NCBI GenBank assembly: GCA_973895155.1
Contig: OZ316895.1
Span: 17,216,170 to 17,280,169 of the forward strand
Direction of reading: 5' to 3'
DNA length: 64,000 nt
DNA from: Marsupella aquatica
Lineage: Eukaryota; Plantae; Marchantiophyta
Under the pieces are notes generated by a model. That model did not search any database, had not been told where the DNA came from, and saw only the letters and a program-made list of their open reading frames with translations. This document shows, in pieces, positions 12,094 to 24,200 of this stretch (positions within the stretch are counted from its first letter, which is position 1; every line of letters begins with the position of its first letter). The position numbers were made by a program, and so were the translations under genes.

Positions 12094-15000
12094 GATTTAT
12101 GGGACACAAGATGGGACATAGATATGGTGTTTGTGGACCACCTAAGTAAGATGGTTTAGTGGGACATAGATATGGTGTACGTACATCGATATGATGTATA
12201 TAGGACAAACATTCTTGAATGGACATGATGTTAAAAAACTCTTAGAAGGTGTTTGTGGACCACCTGAGATGCCTTTAAGCTAGGAAGATAGATATGATGT
12301 ATCTCAACAAATTGCTTAATAGATATGATGTACTAAGAAACTTAGAGAAGGTGTTAGTGGACAACATGAGACAGTTATAGTGGACAAGTATGGGTAAAAA
12401 TAACACAGTGCACACCATTTCACATGATGTTGTAGGCATTAATTATCATATTTTTGGGAAGAAAACAGACTGATGATGTTCAAAGAGTTGATGCTTGGTA
12501 ATAAATAATTTAGAATGATACCATGCAAATTGCTATTCAAAATAAAGATGTATATTAACAACAGAGTTATTAATGGAATTCAGATCAAGTTGGCACTATC
12601 TTGTGGACGTCATACTATAGAGCCAAAGTAATTGCCATCTGCTGGCAATCAAACATCTGGTTCAGCCTCAAGATTATCTCCATCTAGTGTCATGCTAGCT
12701 ATCTTCTCCTTGTATAACCTAATCCATCTCAAGAGTTGTAGGACCTCTTTTCTGAAGATAGTGTTATATGGAGGATGCATTCTTAATTAACTTCCAAGCA
12801 CTCACCTCCTCAATGGTATGAACGTCTCCCTTCTTCAGTATTTGATTGGAAACAACAGTTTGAAAGAATAAAAAGTCTGAACCAAATTGAAGAAACCGTT
12901 GATAACTTCAATGAGAAGTTGGTAATTTACGGTACTGCATATAAGTTGCATAGCAATTTTACTTGGATTGTCAGTAACACAATAAACATATGCTGGAGTC
13001 ATTCATGGAAAACTTGAACTGCCACTTCTCTTGCAACCCCTCCCCTGCCCATAGGATTTCCACATACTCTTTTTTCCACATACTCTTTTTTCTACCATTG
13101 TCTTAGACATAGTTGTAAACCTATCTCTTCTTTTTGCTAAGTCTTCATCACAATGAAAGCTGTTTTGCAAAATGCTCCAAAACTCACAAAGAAATACTTC
13201 AGAGGGGGGTGGTGGATTTTGGGAGTCTGGGGGTAGGTAGATTCTCCAAATTTTCTGGTACAAGTTCTCTGGTGACCAATCATTGCATTAGCATTGTTCA
13301 TTGTCCATTTGAATGAAAGAAGCTTCCCACTCTCATATTTCTCATGAAGCTTTGTATACATCCCCTGATACATCTCATCTGGTATGTTAGGGATAGAAGT
13401 GAATACATTACCTCCAACTTGGCAATAAGTAATAACTCTCTTTATTATAGGTCCATCTTAGTCACCAACTGGGACCCCTTCACTTAATTCAAGTTTGGGC
13501 CTCATCAAAACAGTCTTAAATGCATTGCAAATTTATCAAAACAGTTTAAGTGACTTTCTCTCTTTGTGCTCTTTTTCTCAATCTTTCATATGAATTTTTC
13601 TCATCATCGCTCTGTATGAGTTCCACATCTTGTTGTGGAGGTGTATCTAGAGCATAGCTTGCTTGGCCTCCTTCAAGTCCATCATGGGTTGCTGTTGAGA
13701 TCTACGTTTTGAGCCATAGATCGGATCGAATGGTATAGGATAGGCACAGATATAAGCAAAAATCCAATGGCTCAGGAGAGGCACAGCTGCGCTTCCAGAT
13801 GATCGGGCCACACATGAGGGAAATTATGAGGACTTTGGCTAACCCGGAGTCTCTTGTAGTAGTACTTGCGATTTAAATGCCAATAGCCATATAAAAGGGG
13901 GAAGTGTCCAAAACTTCTCACTTTTTCACATTCCACTCATTCTTGTAATCTCCCTTGCCATTCTACTTCATAAGCAAAAGGGTACTATTTATGATGAAAC
14001 TGGTGAATCCAGGTTTTTTCATGACTAGTGATTGTTTAACCGCGTGCATATTTGAGACCATTTGATACCCCCTATTATAGAGTGAGTCCTAATGTGGGAT
14101 GGACCCTCCCGCAAAGATGAAGAAAATTCCTTTCACGTGACCTCGGTGTCGTGGGACACTGCGGATTAAATCCTTGTGTAATGTGCTCCATACACCAGAG
14201 CGTAAACCAATACAATATATATTTATGTACAAATTGAGTGATTTGGTTTATGTTTTGGTTGTATGGCTGACATAGATTTAACATGCATTTATTGATCTAA
14301 AGAAAATAAAAAGGTGTATCATGGTATGGAGGGATGTTGTAATCTTATATGCATATTTTGATGTGCAATTACCCAGATTCATTTGGTTATGTTCTGGCTG
14401 TATCTTTATGTTGTGCAAATTGAGTGATTTGGTTTATATTTTGGCTGTATGGAAGTTCTATATTTATGATGTACAAATTGAGTGATTTTGGTTGATGCCC
14501 TGTGGGTAATCACACATCAAAATGTGGTTTTTGGCTTAACTATGTTAAGCTATGTAATTGGGGCCCAAAAAAAGCCCCAGGATACTTTTGTCAAAAATAC
14601 ATACAGATTGCAATACTGGACTAAAATATTGGACTTTCATACAGTTTCCCTTGTTCTAAAGAGACCAAAACAAAATCCAATGTATTGTAAACAGTATTTA
14701 TAGTCAGGCAAGATCATGATGGCTTTCCTGGGCAGAGGAGAAACATGAGGGGAACATTTAATGATTTGCCTTTTGTGTTTAGTTTATTTTTTTGTGTTCT
14801 TTTTCAATTTTGTTTGTCTTAATCCATCTAAGTATATTTAATACTTGCTCTTTTTAGTTCAGCTTAATGTCACCAAACCCCTTTGGTCATGGGCCTGATA
14901 TGGTAACCCACGTTTGCGGCCTGCACTTAGGAAAAATTCCCGGGTGAAAATGTGCGGTCACCAACTCGGACAACTGCACATATGTGGTCCGCGTCCCGCA

Positions 15001-16100
15001 CCGCACACTCTCAGGCTCGCATTCTGCCCGTGTTTTGCTAACTTTGAGACACCCTATTGTATGCACTCACTCGTCGATTTAAGGAAAACAACTAGGTTTA
15101 TCATGGTATGGAAAGGTATCATACACCCCGTATATTTTGGCTGTATTTCTCACGTAGATACAACGCGCGGTCGTGGGACGTGGTGGGCCTCAAAAAGGCA
15201 GTCGCCATGCGCCAACCTACTACTGTACTGCGCTGTCTATTATTGCTGTCGTGTGTTGACTCCGCCACTGCAGCGTGGTCTCGTCTCTCGTCTCTCGTCG
15301 TCGTCCTCGCATCGCAGAGCAAGGCGACGCACAAGACGCAGAGGCAGAGACCGCATCGCACAGCAAGACGACGGCACAGAGGCAGAGGCAGAGACCGCAT
15401 CGCCCACCCATCGAGTCATAGAGAGATCCGAACAACAATTCGCACGCCAGCATACTACTACAGTACTGTTCTGTAGATTCTTCGAGACTGGACTGGACTG
15501 GACTGGACCTGACTGGACGGACGGCTTTTAGCCGACAGGTTGGAGAGAAATTCAATACGCACGCGAGGCTTGAGTGTTGCACCAACTACTGCTGCTACGA
15601 CTTTTACCGACGGCCCGCCCTCTTTCACCCTCGTTCGCCCTCGCTCGCCCTCCGCTGTTCGAAGCAGAGCTGTGCACCAATTGTTGCGTGCGGCCTTGCT
15701 CGTTTTGACTGCGCGTTCTCGAGCTCATCAGGTTTGGATCGGATCGGATCGGATCGGATCGAATAGAATCGAATCGCTTTGGCTCCGTTTCTAGTGGTTT
15801 GATTGTCTTGCTAGAACGTTGTTTTGAGAGTGGGAGAGATTCTTTCCTTTGATTTCTGTCAGTTTGATGCAAATCTCTTGCCAGGACTCGTCGTTGATTG
15901 TCTTGTGGGGAAGGTGTTCATTAGGGCAGCTAGCCGTGGAGAAGGACTGTGCCCGTGTTGGTGTTGTTTGGGTGGACAATTAGTCGGAGTGTAAGAGTTT
16001 GATGTCGTGTTGCCTGCCTGTGTTGCTATTCCACTCTTTAGCATTGGACCCACGAGCAGTGGTTTGATTGCAGATCTTTTGGGGAAGGAAGCTGTGAGAT

Positions 16101-17723
16101 ATGGCATTCGCCTTAGCAAATGGGTTCTGTGGCGATCAAGGAATTGATCAGGCCGTGGAGCGATGCCCGTTTCTTCGAAACATTGCGAAGCCCACTGTTT
16201 TTTCGTGGTCTGCTTCATCTGTGACCCCTGCTGTAAGTCTCTTCACCCCTTTCTACAGCTGAGGATGTTTTGATTTGAAAATTAAACTGGATGGACTGCT
16301 GTTCGGAGTCACCAAAGTGTAGGGATGCTTTATGGACCAAAATGGTTCAAGATAAGTTGTGGGATTTTGAAGGTGAAAACCCCTTTACACCATGACATTG
16401 GTGTCAAGTGGCATCAACAAGTGAATGATGAGCTTCTTGTTCTGTTCTGAGGTCAATGGCGTAGTCTGTCTTAGGCATGGTATAGGGGTCGTGTCTCTCT
16501 TCACTTTTCGGGTTGTCTCCATTGTAGCTTCGGTGTAGATTTCAGAAAGGATGTCATGGGTAGGCCTGTTCTACTGGTGGCCTGAAACTTTTTCTCGTAT
16601 TCTTCGAATGTTTACATGTGGTAGCACAATTTGTCAACTTAGCTGCTGGCAAGTTGTTTAAGTTGCTTTCTGAATGAAACAAACTTAATGCTCATCTTTT
16701 GCGTTTATGCTACCTTTACACAGACGAAGGGAGCACGGGGTCCCATTTTCGAAGATGGACCGAACTTTGATGCTATGTTCAGGCTTTTTCACGGTAGAGA
16801 TGGAGTTGTGCCTCTTTCGGAAGAGCAATCTAGTGCTGATACATTTGAAGCGTCTCCTTCGGTACCAGTGAAGTTCAATCCAATGGCTGCATGCGCGGCT
16901 TCAATTAGCCTGTCATTCGGAAGTGGAGTCGGACCATTCAGTTTTGATTCTTTCATGGCTAATAATGCCAACAAGCGCGTCGGCAAGAAGCAAAAGCCCA
17001 AAAAGCGGGAGCTGAAGCCTGAGCCTTCCTCCAACGTGAGATTCACGAGTCTAAGCTTTCATTTCAGCTTCTCTCTGTCACTTGCTGTGTGTGCACTGGT
17101 ACCTTTGATGAGTGCTGTTTTCTCACATGACATTGTCTGACTTGCTATTGCATTGACAGTCACACGAGATGGGCAGCGAATGGCTCACTACAGGCAATTG
17201 CCCTATTGCAAGATCATACCGTGCTGTGGGTGGGCTGCTACCGTTGGTAGCCAAGGCATTGACACCTAAGAATATGAAGTATGTTTGCCCACCTGCAATA
17301 GTTGCGGCAAGGAAAGCTCTGGCTAAGACGACTGCTGTGAAGGCCTTGCGACCACAGGCACTGCCAACAAAGGTCTTAGCCATAGGTTGCTTGGGGATGA
17401 TGCTAAACATACCCTTAGGCATGTACAGAGAGCACACTGTGAAATTTTCACCACAATGGATTCTTGCGGTCCACGCAACTGTTCCTTTCATTGCCATGCT
17501 TAGGAAAGCTGTGGTCATGCCCAAGTACGCCATGGCTTTCACGATTGGATCTGCAATTCTCGGGCAGGCGATCGGTGCTCGGGCTGAGAGGGCGCGGTTG
17601 CTGGCAACGACATCAAATTCCAACAAGGCCGCTCAAGGTTGTTTCTCAGAGACGTCAGTGGCTTCGTCTGCACCATCAAATGGTGGTGGCATCACGACAC
17701 CACAGCCAGTGGCTGTGTGCTGA
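16101..17723 (+). CDS. NHR2: NHR2-like conserved plant protein (AT5G45410/AT4G25030 family), ~335 aa; exons 16101-16232, 16724-17035, 17160-17723
   Basis: Motifs RCPFLRNI, GPIFEDGPNFD..FRLFHGRDGVVPL, WL.TGNCPIA.SYRAV, NIPLG.YREHT.KFS and HATVPFIAMLRK. Canonical GT-AG phase-0 introns keep the frame open. Confidence 0.88.
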
Positions 17724-19332
17724 ACAAGTTGTGGGATTGCTGAAGGATCTTCTTTCTTTTGTGCCTCACTTATCTATTTCATTTTTTGAGAGTTAATGAT
17801 TGGAAGGTTCTTAGCTTCATTGCTTCTTTACATTGAATTCTGTAGAGATAAATGTGTTGTACTCAGTCCCCCATTCAATGTCCTTGGCTTAGAGGAACTG
17901 TGGTGAATGCTGTTATCCAGAGAGTGCAACGTTAGGTCATTCATCAGACCTCTTTCGAATTGCTTGCTAAAACCCTAAAATTGAAGGGCGTCATCAATCT
18001 CAGAGGCTGGGACTCAATAATTGTCGTCCGAGCAGGACAAATTCTGCTCTTGGACAGATTTACCGAATTTTCCAAGTTGACTCGTAGAGCATGTGTATGA
18101 TCTTGGTCAAAAGCAAATGTATGATCTTAGTTTTTTTTCGGATAACCTCTGGGAAGTCTTTGTTCACTTTTGCGGACTTTGTGGAATCTTGAGAGTTTGC
18201 ACCGTTAAGTAGTAGTTGGATTTATCTCTGGCCGGCCAATTTGTTCGCTGGTTTTGTAGAGAGAGGAGGCAGTCGTTTCGTTTTCGAACTTCATGAGAAC
18301 AAATGGATTCTGCTATTTGTGAGAGGCTCATCACCTTGGAGGCCCAGTCAAGTGCAATCGTTCAATGTTTCTGGGTCATTGGCATTAGCGAGGGCAATTT
18401 CATGAGCCGGATCCTTGGCCCTTATATATTCACAGGAGGTTAGGATTTTAGCTCTGCTAAGAGTGATATGTGCTTTGGCTCTTCGGAAGAATCCGAAGCT
18501 TCTTTTCCTTCCATCTATGCTTCTCAAGAACCCTCAGCTAATCCCTATGAGCAGTAAAGCTGATCCAGTTGTGCTATGGTAGTCCCGTCATTCCATCGAG
18601 ATTCAAATCTGCTCTCACTCAGGGACTAAGCATCTAATGGGATGGAATTTGAGCTGGAGGACTACCCAGGTGAGCGTCTGCTGGCTTAGTTTCCAAACAG
18701 GTCACTCTCATGCTGTGCCCCTAGTATACATTAAGTCTATCGCAAAGGCCCTGTCATGTCAGAGCTTTCTGTAGTGGTAATTCAACGAGTTTATGGTGAT
18801 AAACAATGACAATGTCATGATTCACATGAAGTTTCTTGTCCTGCTCTCTCTAGCTCGCCGACAGGATAGCTATTCAAGGTGAAAGTCTCTCCTTGGCATT
18901 GGACAGTCCTTTGGTTTTCTGCCTCGCCTAGTGAACCATGCATTTGTCCTGGGGGGTACACATGAATGCGGCCATAGGATGTCGTCCGACCAAGTATTTT
19001 TTGCTGTGGAATCTGTCCTGAAATATGTGATTGGACAATATTGGGCGTATGTTCCTGTTCAACGAGGCCATGGATTATGTGATTGGATATTATGGGGTCT
19101 ATGTTCCTGTTCAACGAGGTCAGGAAGAAAATATTAAAGATTGAAGCGAATAATCCCGACTCCAGGAGACAAAATTGAACTAGAATAAATACAAGAAAGA
19201 AGGGTCCTGAACGAAGTTTGTTGGTATATGCTTGTGCATATACTTGCGATTACGAGTTGATAGCTGGACCAAAGTTTCCCAAGGCAATGCTTTTCGGAGA
19301 TTCTTCGTTCCATCAAAAACAAAAAAACTCCC

Positions 19333-19445
19333 TGGGCAATTCTTTTGGAGATGCTTCCTTATGTTGCGTTGGGCAATTCTTTTGGAGATGCCTCCTTATG
19401 TTGCGTTGGGCAATTCTTTTGGAGATGCCTCCTTATGTTGCGTTG
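19333..19445. repeat. 37-bp tandem repeat x3
   Basis: tgggcaattcttttggagatgc(t/c)tccttatgttgcgt three times, with no spacers. Confidence 0.9.
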
Positions 19446-19673
19446 AGCCGTCTTTGCTGTGTCAATTTGCATAGCTCCATATCACGAAGGTGACTTGTCA
19501 ACTTTGTCTAATTTAGAGCAGAATTTTCGAGGCAAAAAAAAGAAGGGTAATCTTTAGACAAAGACTTGCAAAAAATTCCTCCTCCTTGACGAGCCTCTTT
19601 GACTCGTGTTCAGCTTACAAAAAATTCATAACCCACTTCTCACCTAAAATCTATCTGATTTTAAGCTGTATAC

Positions 19674-20085
19674 TGTCTACGTGAGAACCAAAATTTACAT
19701 AGTGGTTTAAGTGTATAGTAACCCCCAAAATTTACATAGTGTAAGTGTAGCGTAACCCAAACCTAGATTTACATAGTAATGGGATGTAATTTCCAAGGGG
19801 GTTATAGCCGGTTATTCCCAAGTGGGGACAAGTTCCTACGAGTGTAAAGTCCAAACTTGAGAATCCCCGGATCCAAATTTGATCCAGTATTTTATGCTGT
19901 AAATTTGTCTACGTGAGAACCAAAACTTACATAGTGGTTTAAGTGTAGGGTAACCCCCAAAAATTACATAGTAATGGGATGTAATTCCCAAGGTAGTTAT
20001 AGCCAGTTATTCCCAAGTGGGGACAAGTTCCCCAGAGTATAAAGTCCAAATTGAGAATCCTCAGATGCAAATTTGAGAATCCCCA
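19674..20085. repeat. ~230-bp imperfect direct duplication
   Basis: tgtctacgtgagaaccaaaa..tacatagtggtttaagtg...ttattcccaagtggggacaagttcc at ~19674 and ~19906. Confidence 0.85.
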
Positions 20086-21243
20086 GGCCAGGCTGGCTAA
20101 CACGTCGGTTCAGTGGGTCAAGTGTAATGTAACCCATCAGGGGGATAATGCCTCATAACCACGTACACACATTAAAAAACAAAACATTCACGAGGGGTTT
20201 AAAGCTGTCAATTATCAGTGTGAGCGGGAAAGGAGGACAAAACATCAGCAAGCCTGGATGATATGACACCCGATCTTACAAGGTTTTCATTGGAGATAGG
20301 AAAAGCAATGTGGGCTTGGTTTTTATTTTCAAGCGGATCCTGTTTTTTCCTTTCGTCACGAAGGTTAACGAACCAGATGACAGTCAGTCTGGAATTAAAA
20401 TCAATGTCTGAAACAGCCTGCACATATGGACAATCCGGAACTTGGCCTCAAATGCTCAACGTGTGTTTCACCAATGGCTTGAAAAAGGTTTCTCTCCAAG
20501 CAGGTGAGGAATGATGTCATTACCGACAATCGACAGCAGCTGCCTCGACTTGAGGGTGATAAATTGTTAATCTTCTTGGGTAATGTTGGTCATGTAGATG
20601 CTACAGGGTGTAGAGATGGTATTTCAGAGAGGTAGCTAAGGTATACCTTTTCAACGCCACTAGCGTGCTCATCAGATTTGCTAGTAAATGGAAAGCACGA
20701 CTTGCGCTCTCAAGAAACAACTTTCTTGCTTTTGGTGGATCATTGCCTATCGGATGATGAAGATAAGAAGGGTCTCTCTTCTGCAGGAAGCGATCTGTTA
20801 GTACAGAAAGGCGATGCCGAAGAATGTGCCGAACCGAAGTTTCAAGATGGAAGGTATCCTTATTCTAATGAATGATTGAATTTTAACACAAGGAGCACCT
20901 CGAGCACGTCTTGCTTCACGATGATCTTGAGAAATCATAGCAGATCAGCCTAGTAAAGCTACCAGAGAAACCGGACAATTTCTCCATCTAACCCTGTGGT
21001 TTCAATGTAGGACTTGAAGACCACACTTCTCTGCATCTGAAACTGGCCACTCGATTCCATGATCTTACAAGACGATACTGGATCCCACATATCAACGAGT
21101 ACCGCAGAGGTCTAAGAATATACATCACGAGCCCACAATGAACCCCAAGTGCTTGAGCAAGTCGGGTTTGACTGAAATCGGACATTCCATATTTAGGAGG
21201 TAACAAAGCCTCGAAATGGAAACCTCACTGATTCTAAAGCTCG

Positions 21244-24200
21244 TCAAGAGACTGGCATTTTGGCAAGTTCAGTAAAGACCTGTCCACGATGTTCAAAATT
21301 TTGAAACTCATCAAAGCTCGCACAGGCTGGACTCAGAAGTACCACATCTCCTGCATAAGGGTCAAAAAATAATTCTCACGTACTGCAGTGCATATGGCAA
21401 TATCAACCCACATGATCATCCTCCCAGCACAAGTCTATCTACGTTCTGGTCAGTTGCTAGCCAAACCCGTCACGAGAAGGGATTCAGATATTGACATCAG
21501 GCACTAACAAATTTGAGAACATGCATGGGATACGGAACCATGGGCGAAACAAAATACATGGACAAGGAAAGTACTGAATCCTAAGGAAAAGGATAGCAAA
21601 CCTGGTTTCGCAAGAGATCGAGCAAGATCAACAGCATCCTTCATGAAGTCCGTTTGAACACAAGGAACTGTAATTCCTGCATCCCGTAGCTCCATTTCGA
21701 TCTGCTTTCCTGATGCTCCAAACTGCAAGGTAGATATTGCCGACGTGGCTTGGAAGTTTGTAATAAAAATAAGAGAGTAGTGGAACGGACATGTCAAATC
21801 CTGCACCTCTATTCCACACTTGGATTATAGTCACTCTAAACCAAAGCGCTTCGATATTGTATCAGACATGAGTTAGCAAAGATTGTCAGAGCGGAAATAG
21901 TTTATTTCTATCATAATGCGCACAAATAGCTACTTCTGAGCAGAGAAAGAAACTTTACCAAAACGACCGCTTTGTGAGAATTTAATAAACTGACTAGTCG
22001 GTCAAAACCAAGGCTCTTCGCCTCGACAACCTGCACATAACGAAGCTTTGCACTGAGTGACGAAAAGCGTTAAAAATACAAGCAGCAATGGACGTAATAA
22101 TCAAAGGGTGTTTATCCTACTCAAAGATTTTGGAGTTACCTTTGCCAAGCCTCCAATCAAGACAACAGCTTTCCGGCCAGTCATGCCCCCTAGCCCAACA
22201 ACAGTTGCATCAACATTTGTAGCCTTGCTATCGTTCACCCACAAAACCTCTTTTTCATCTTGGTGTACTGCAAAAACCAGCCTCGCCCAAGTCAATCCTT
22301 CGAGCGGGTGCAGAACGAGAGGAGTTTTGAAAATAATGAATCAACTGAGTGAGAAAATATAAATTCAAGAACGATGGGAACATTTCATTTTAACTCTTGT
22401 GGGCCTCACTAAGATATGTCACCGCTCTCCACGGTGCTTTTACCGCTCTCCACGGTGCATTATGGTCTGGAATTTCACATTCACTGTGTGGAAGAAATAG
22501 CGCTTAGGACTTCTGGTGTCTAAGGGCAGAAAGATCTGGCGTGATTAACAGTTACCAATTTCCGTTCTAGGGGCAGGATGATCTGAAGTGATTAGCAATT
22601 ACCAATTTCCATTCGATGAGGAGGAGCTGAAAGGTTCGGAATTGCATCTTGAATAATGTCCTCATCCAAACCAACGTCCAGAGCCAGTGCGATCAGCGCA
22701 GCAGTTCCAGCATTATGTGCGTTATGAGAGCCAACAGCCTTTAGACCACTGAGATAGAGACCCGCTTGCACTCCGGTGGTAGGAACCATAACGAAAGCTC
22801 GGCGTGCCTGACTATCAAGCTTTTAACAACAACAAAGCGGTCGTGTCAGTTTTCTTTCATTCAAATGCTACAAATTTTTGGCAAAGCATTAAAGAACATT
22901 TCAAGCCAAGCATGATAAACATCGGAGTCAACCTGAACACCTGGGAGACCTCCAAGCCAAGCTCGTGTGCCTTTGTGACCTGATTGAAGAGCCAGTTTCC
23001 GCAGCAAGGAGTCCGCTGCAGCAGGTTCAACATATTGAAAACAAGCAGCTTGTCAGCACGAGTCTCCAGAGCGAAATGATGATTTAGGGACCAAAGAGAA
23101 AAGGCAAAATCTTTGTGTTTCACATTTTCCTTGTTCACTGAGCTTAATGAGAATGTGATCAAATACGGCATGGGCATTCATCTACAATGTGATGACTTGT
23201 CTACATAGCAGTCACTAACCGTGTGGGACAACAGCAAGACTGGAAGAATTCATTTGAGCAAATAGCCGACACTTTGTCAATCCATAGTTCTCCATTGTCT
23301 TATGCCTCTCAAGATGATCAGGAGAAAGATTGAGAATGACAGCAACCTGTTGGCAAGGTTCGAGAGCAAGAGTTGAGATCAAATATTGTCATATACATAG
23401 TCGCCCTCCTACATGCAGGGTATGAGTGTAAAAATGTTGAACACAATAGTCAAGTCCAAATTAGAATAAATTGGAGTCCACGATTAACATGAAATCAGTT
23501 TGTATATGCTTTGGAAGAGGAGATTTTGGGTACACTACATCCTCCAGCAAGGATGCTGAACCTCATTCCCCTCCTTATTCCGGCCAGTTGCAGGATTTCT
23601 TTCAGAATAGGTGGCTTGTTGAGCAATAATGTGATTGAATGACGGAAAGGAACTCCAGCGATCTACATACCTTCGGGCAAAATGAGCCTGGAAGTTCCAT
23701 CTGATAGCTGCTAACTTCTACGACAGCTGTCTGCTTGCCTACAGGGTTGGTATGAAACGTGTTATTTTAGCATCCAGACAGCAGAAAAAAAGAAAAACGA
23801 AGCCGTATCAAGTCTGACGGGGCTTCCATGAAAGTAAAACTGCCGTACACACTGACACTGAGTTTCACCTGGGCGACGATTTGAAAGGAAACGAAGGCGC
23901 ACAATCTTTACATAGTTTAGGTAATATTGACATATCGTTCCCTACAAATTCTTTCAAAGTTCAAATGCTTTCCTCAACAAATATACACAAAAGTCTCTGG
24001 GAAGAAAGCTTGCATGGAATGGTGGATCCTCTGCAGGAAAAGACAAACATTGCAAAGCAGCATCCGAAAGGGGTGTGCCAAGGTTTCCACCCACAAATGT
24101 TCGCACACCAGCATGGCGCAGCAGCTGCTTCATTGCAACATACCAGAAATATCTCAGCATTTCTGAAAACATCGTAGCTATTCCGAACCTGGAAAATCCT

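Larger units (their letters stand above)
11080..12390. repeat. Degenerate tandem repeat region (gggacata/gtggacc/ggacaaa..ttcttgaatgga units), interrupted by an insertion at 11365-12093
   Basis: The same motifs recur on both sides of the insertion (e.g. taggacaaaaattcttgaatgga ~11279 vs taggacaaacattcttgaatgga ~12201). Confidence 0.6.

Noticed and set aside
14914-15872. Several 90-205 aa ORFs upstream of the NHR2-like gene
   Set aside because: GC-rich promoter/5' UTR with microsatellites; no recognisable domain.
18290-19130. Exon-like fragments with splice donors between the NHR2-like gene and MurD
   Set aside because: Could not be assembled into a frame or assigned to a family; at most a pseudogene remnant.
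19333-19445. 37-bp repeats of CRISPR-like length
   Set aside because: Contiguous with no spacers, no cas genes, and a eukaryotic context.
20208-20560. Short ORF and box C/D-like motifs (RTGATGA/CTGA)
   Set aside because: No terminal stem or rRNA-complementary guide identified, and the ORF is unassignable.
24000-24020. Possible GC-AG donor (CAT|GCAAGC) in MurD
   Set aside because: An in-frame GT donor exists slightly downstream; unresolvable without transcripts.
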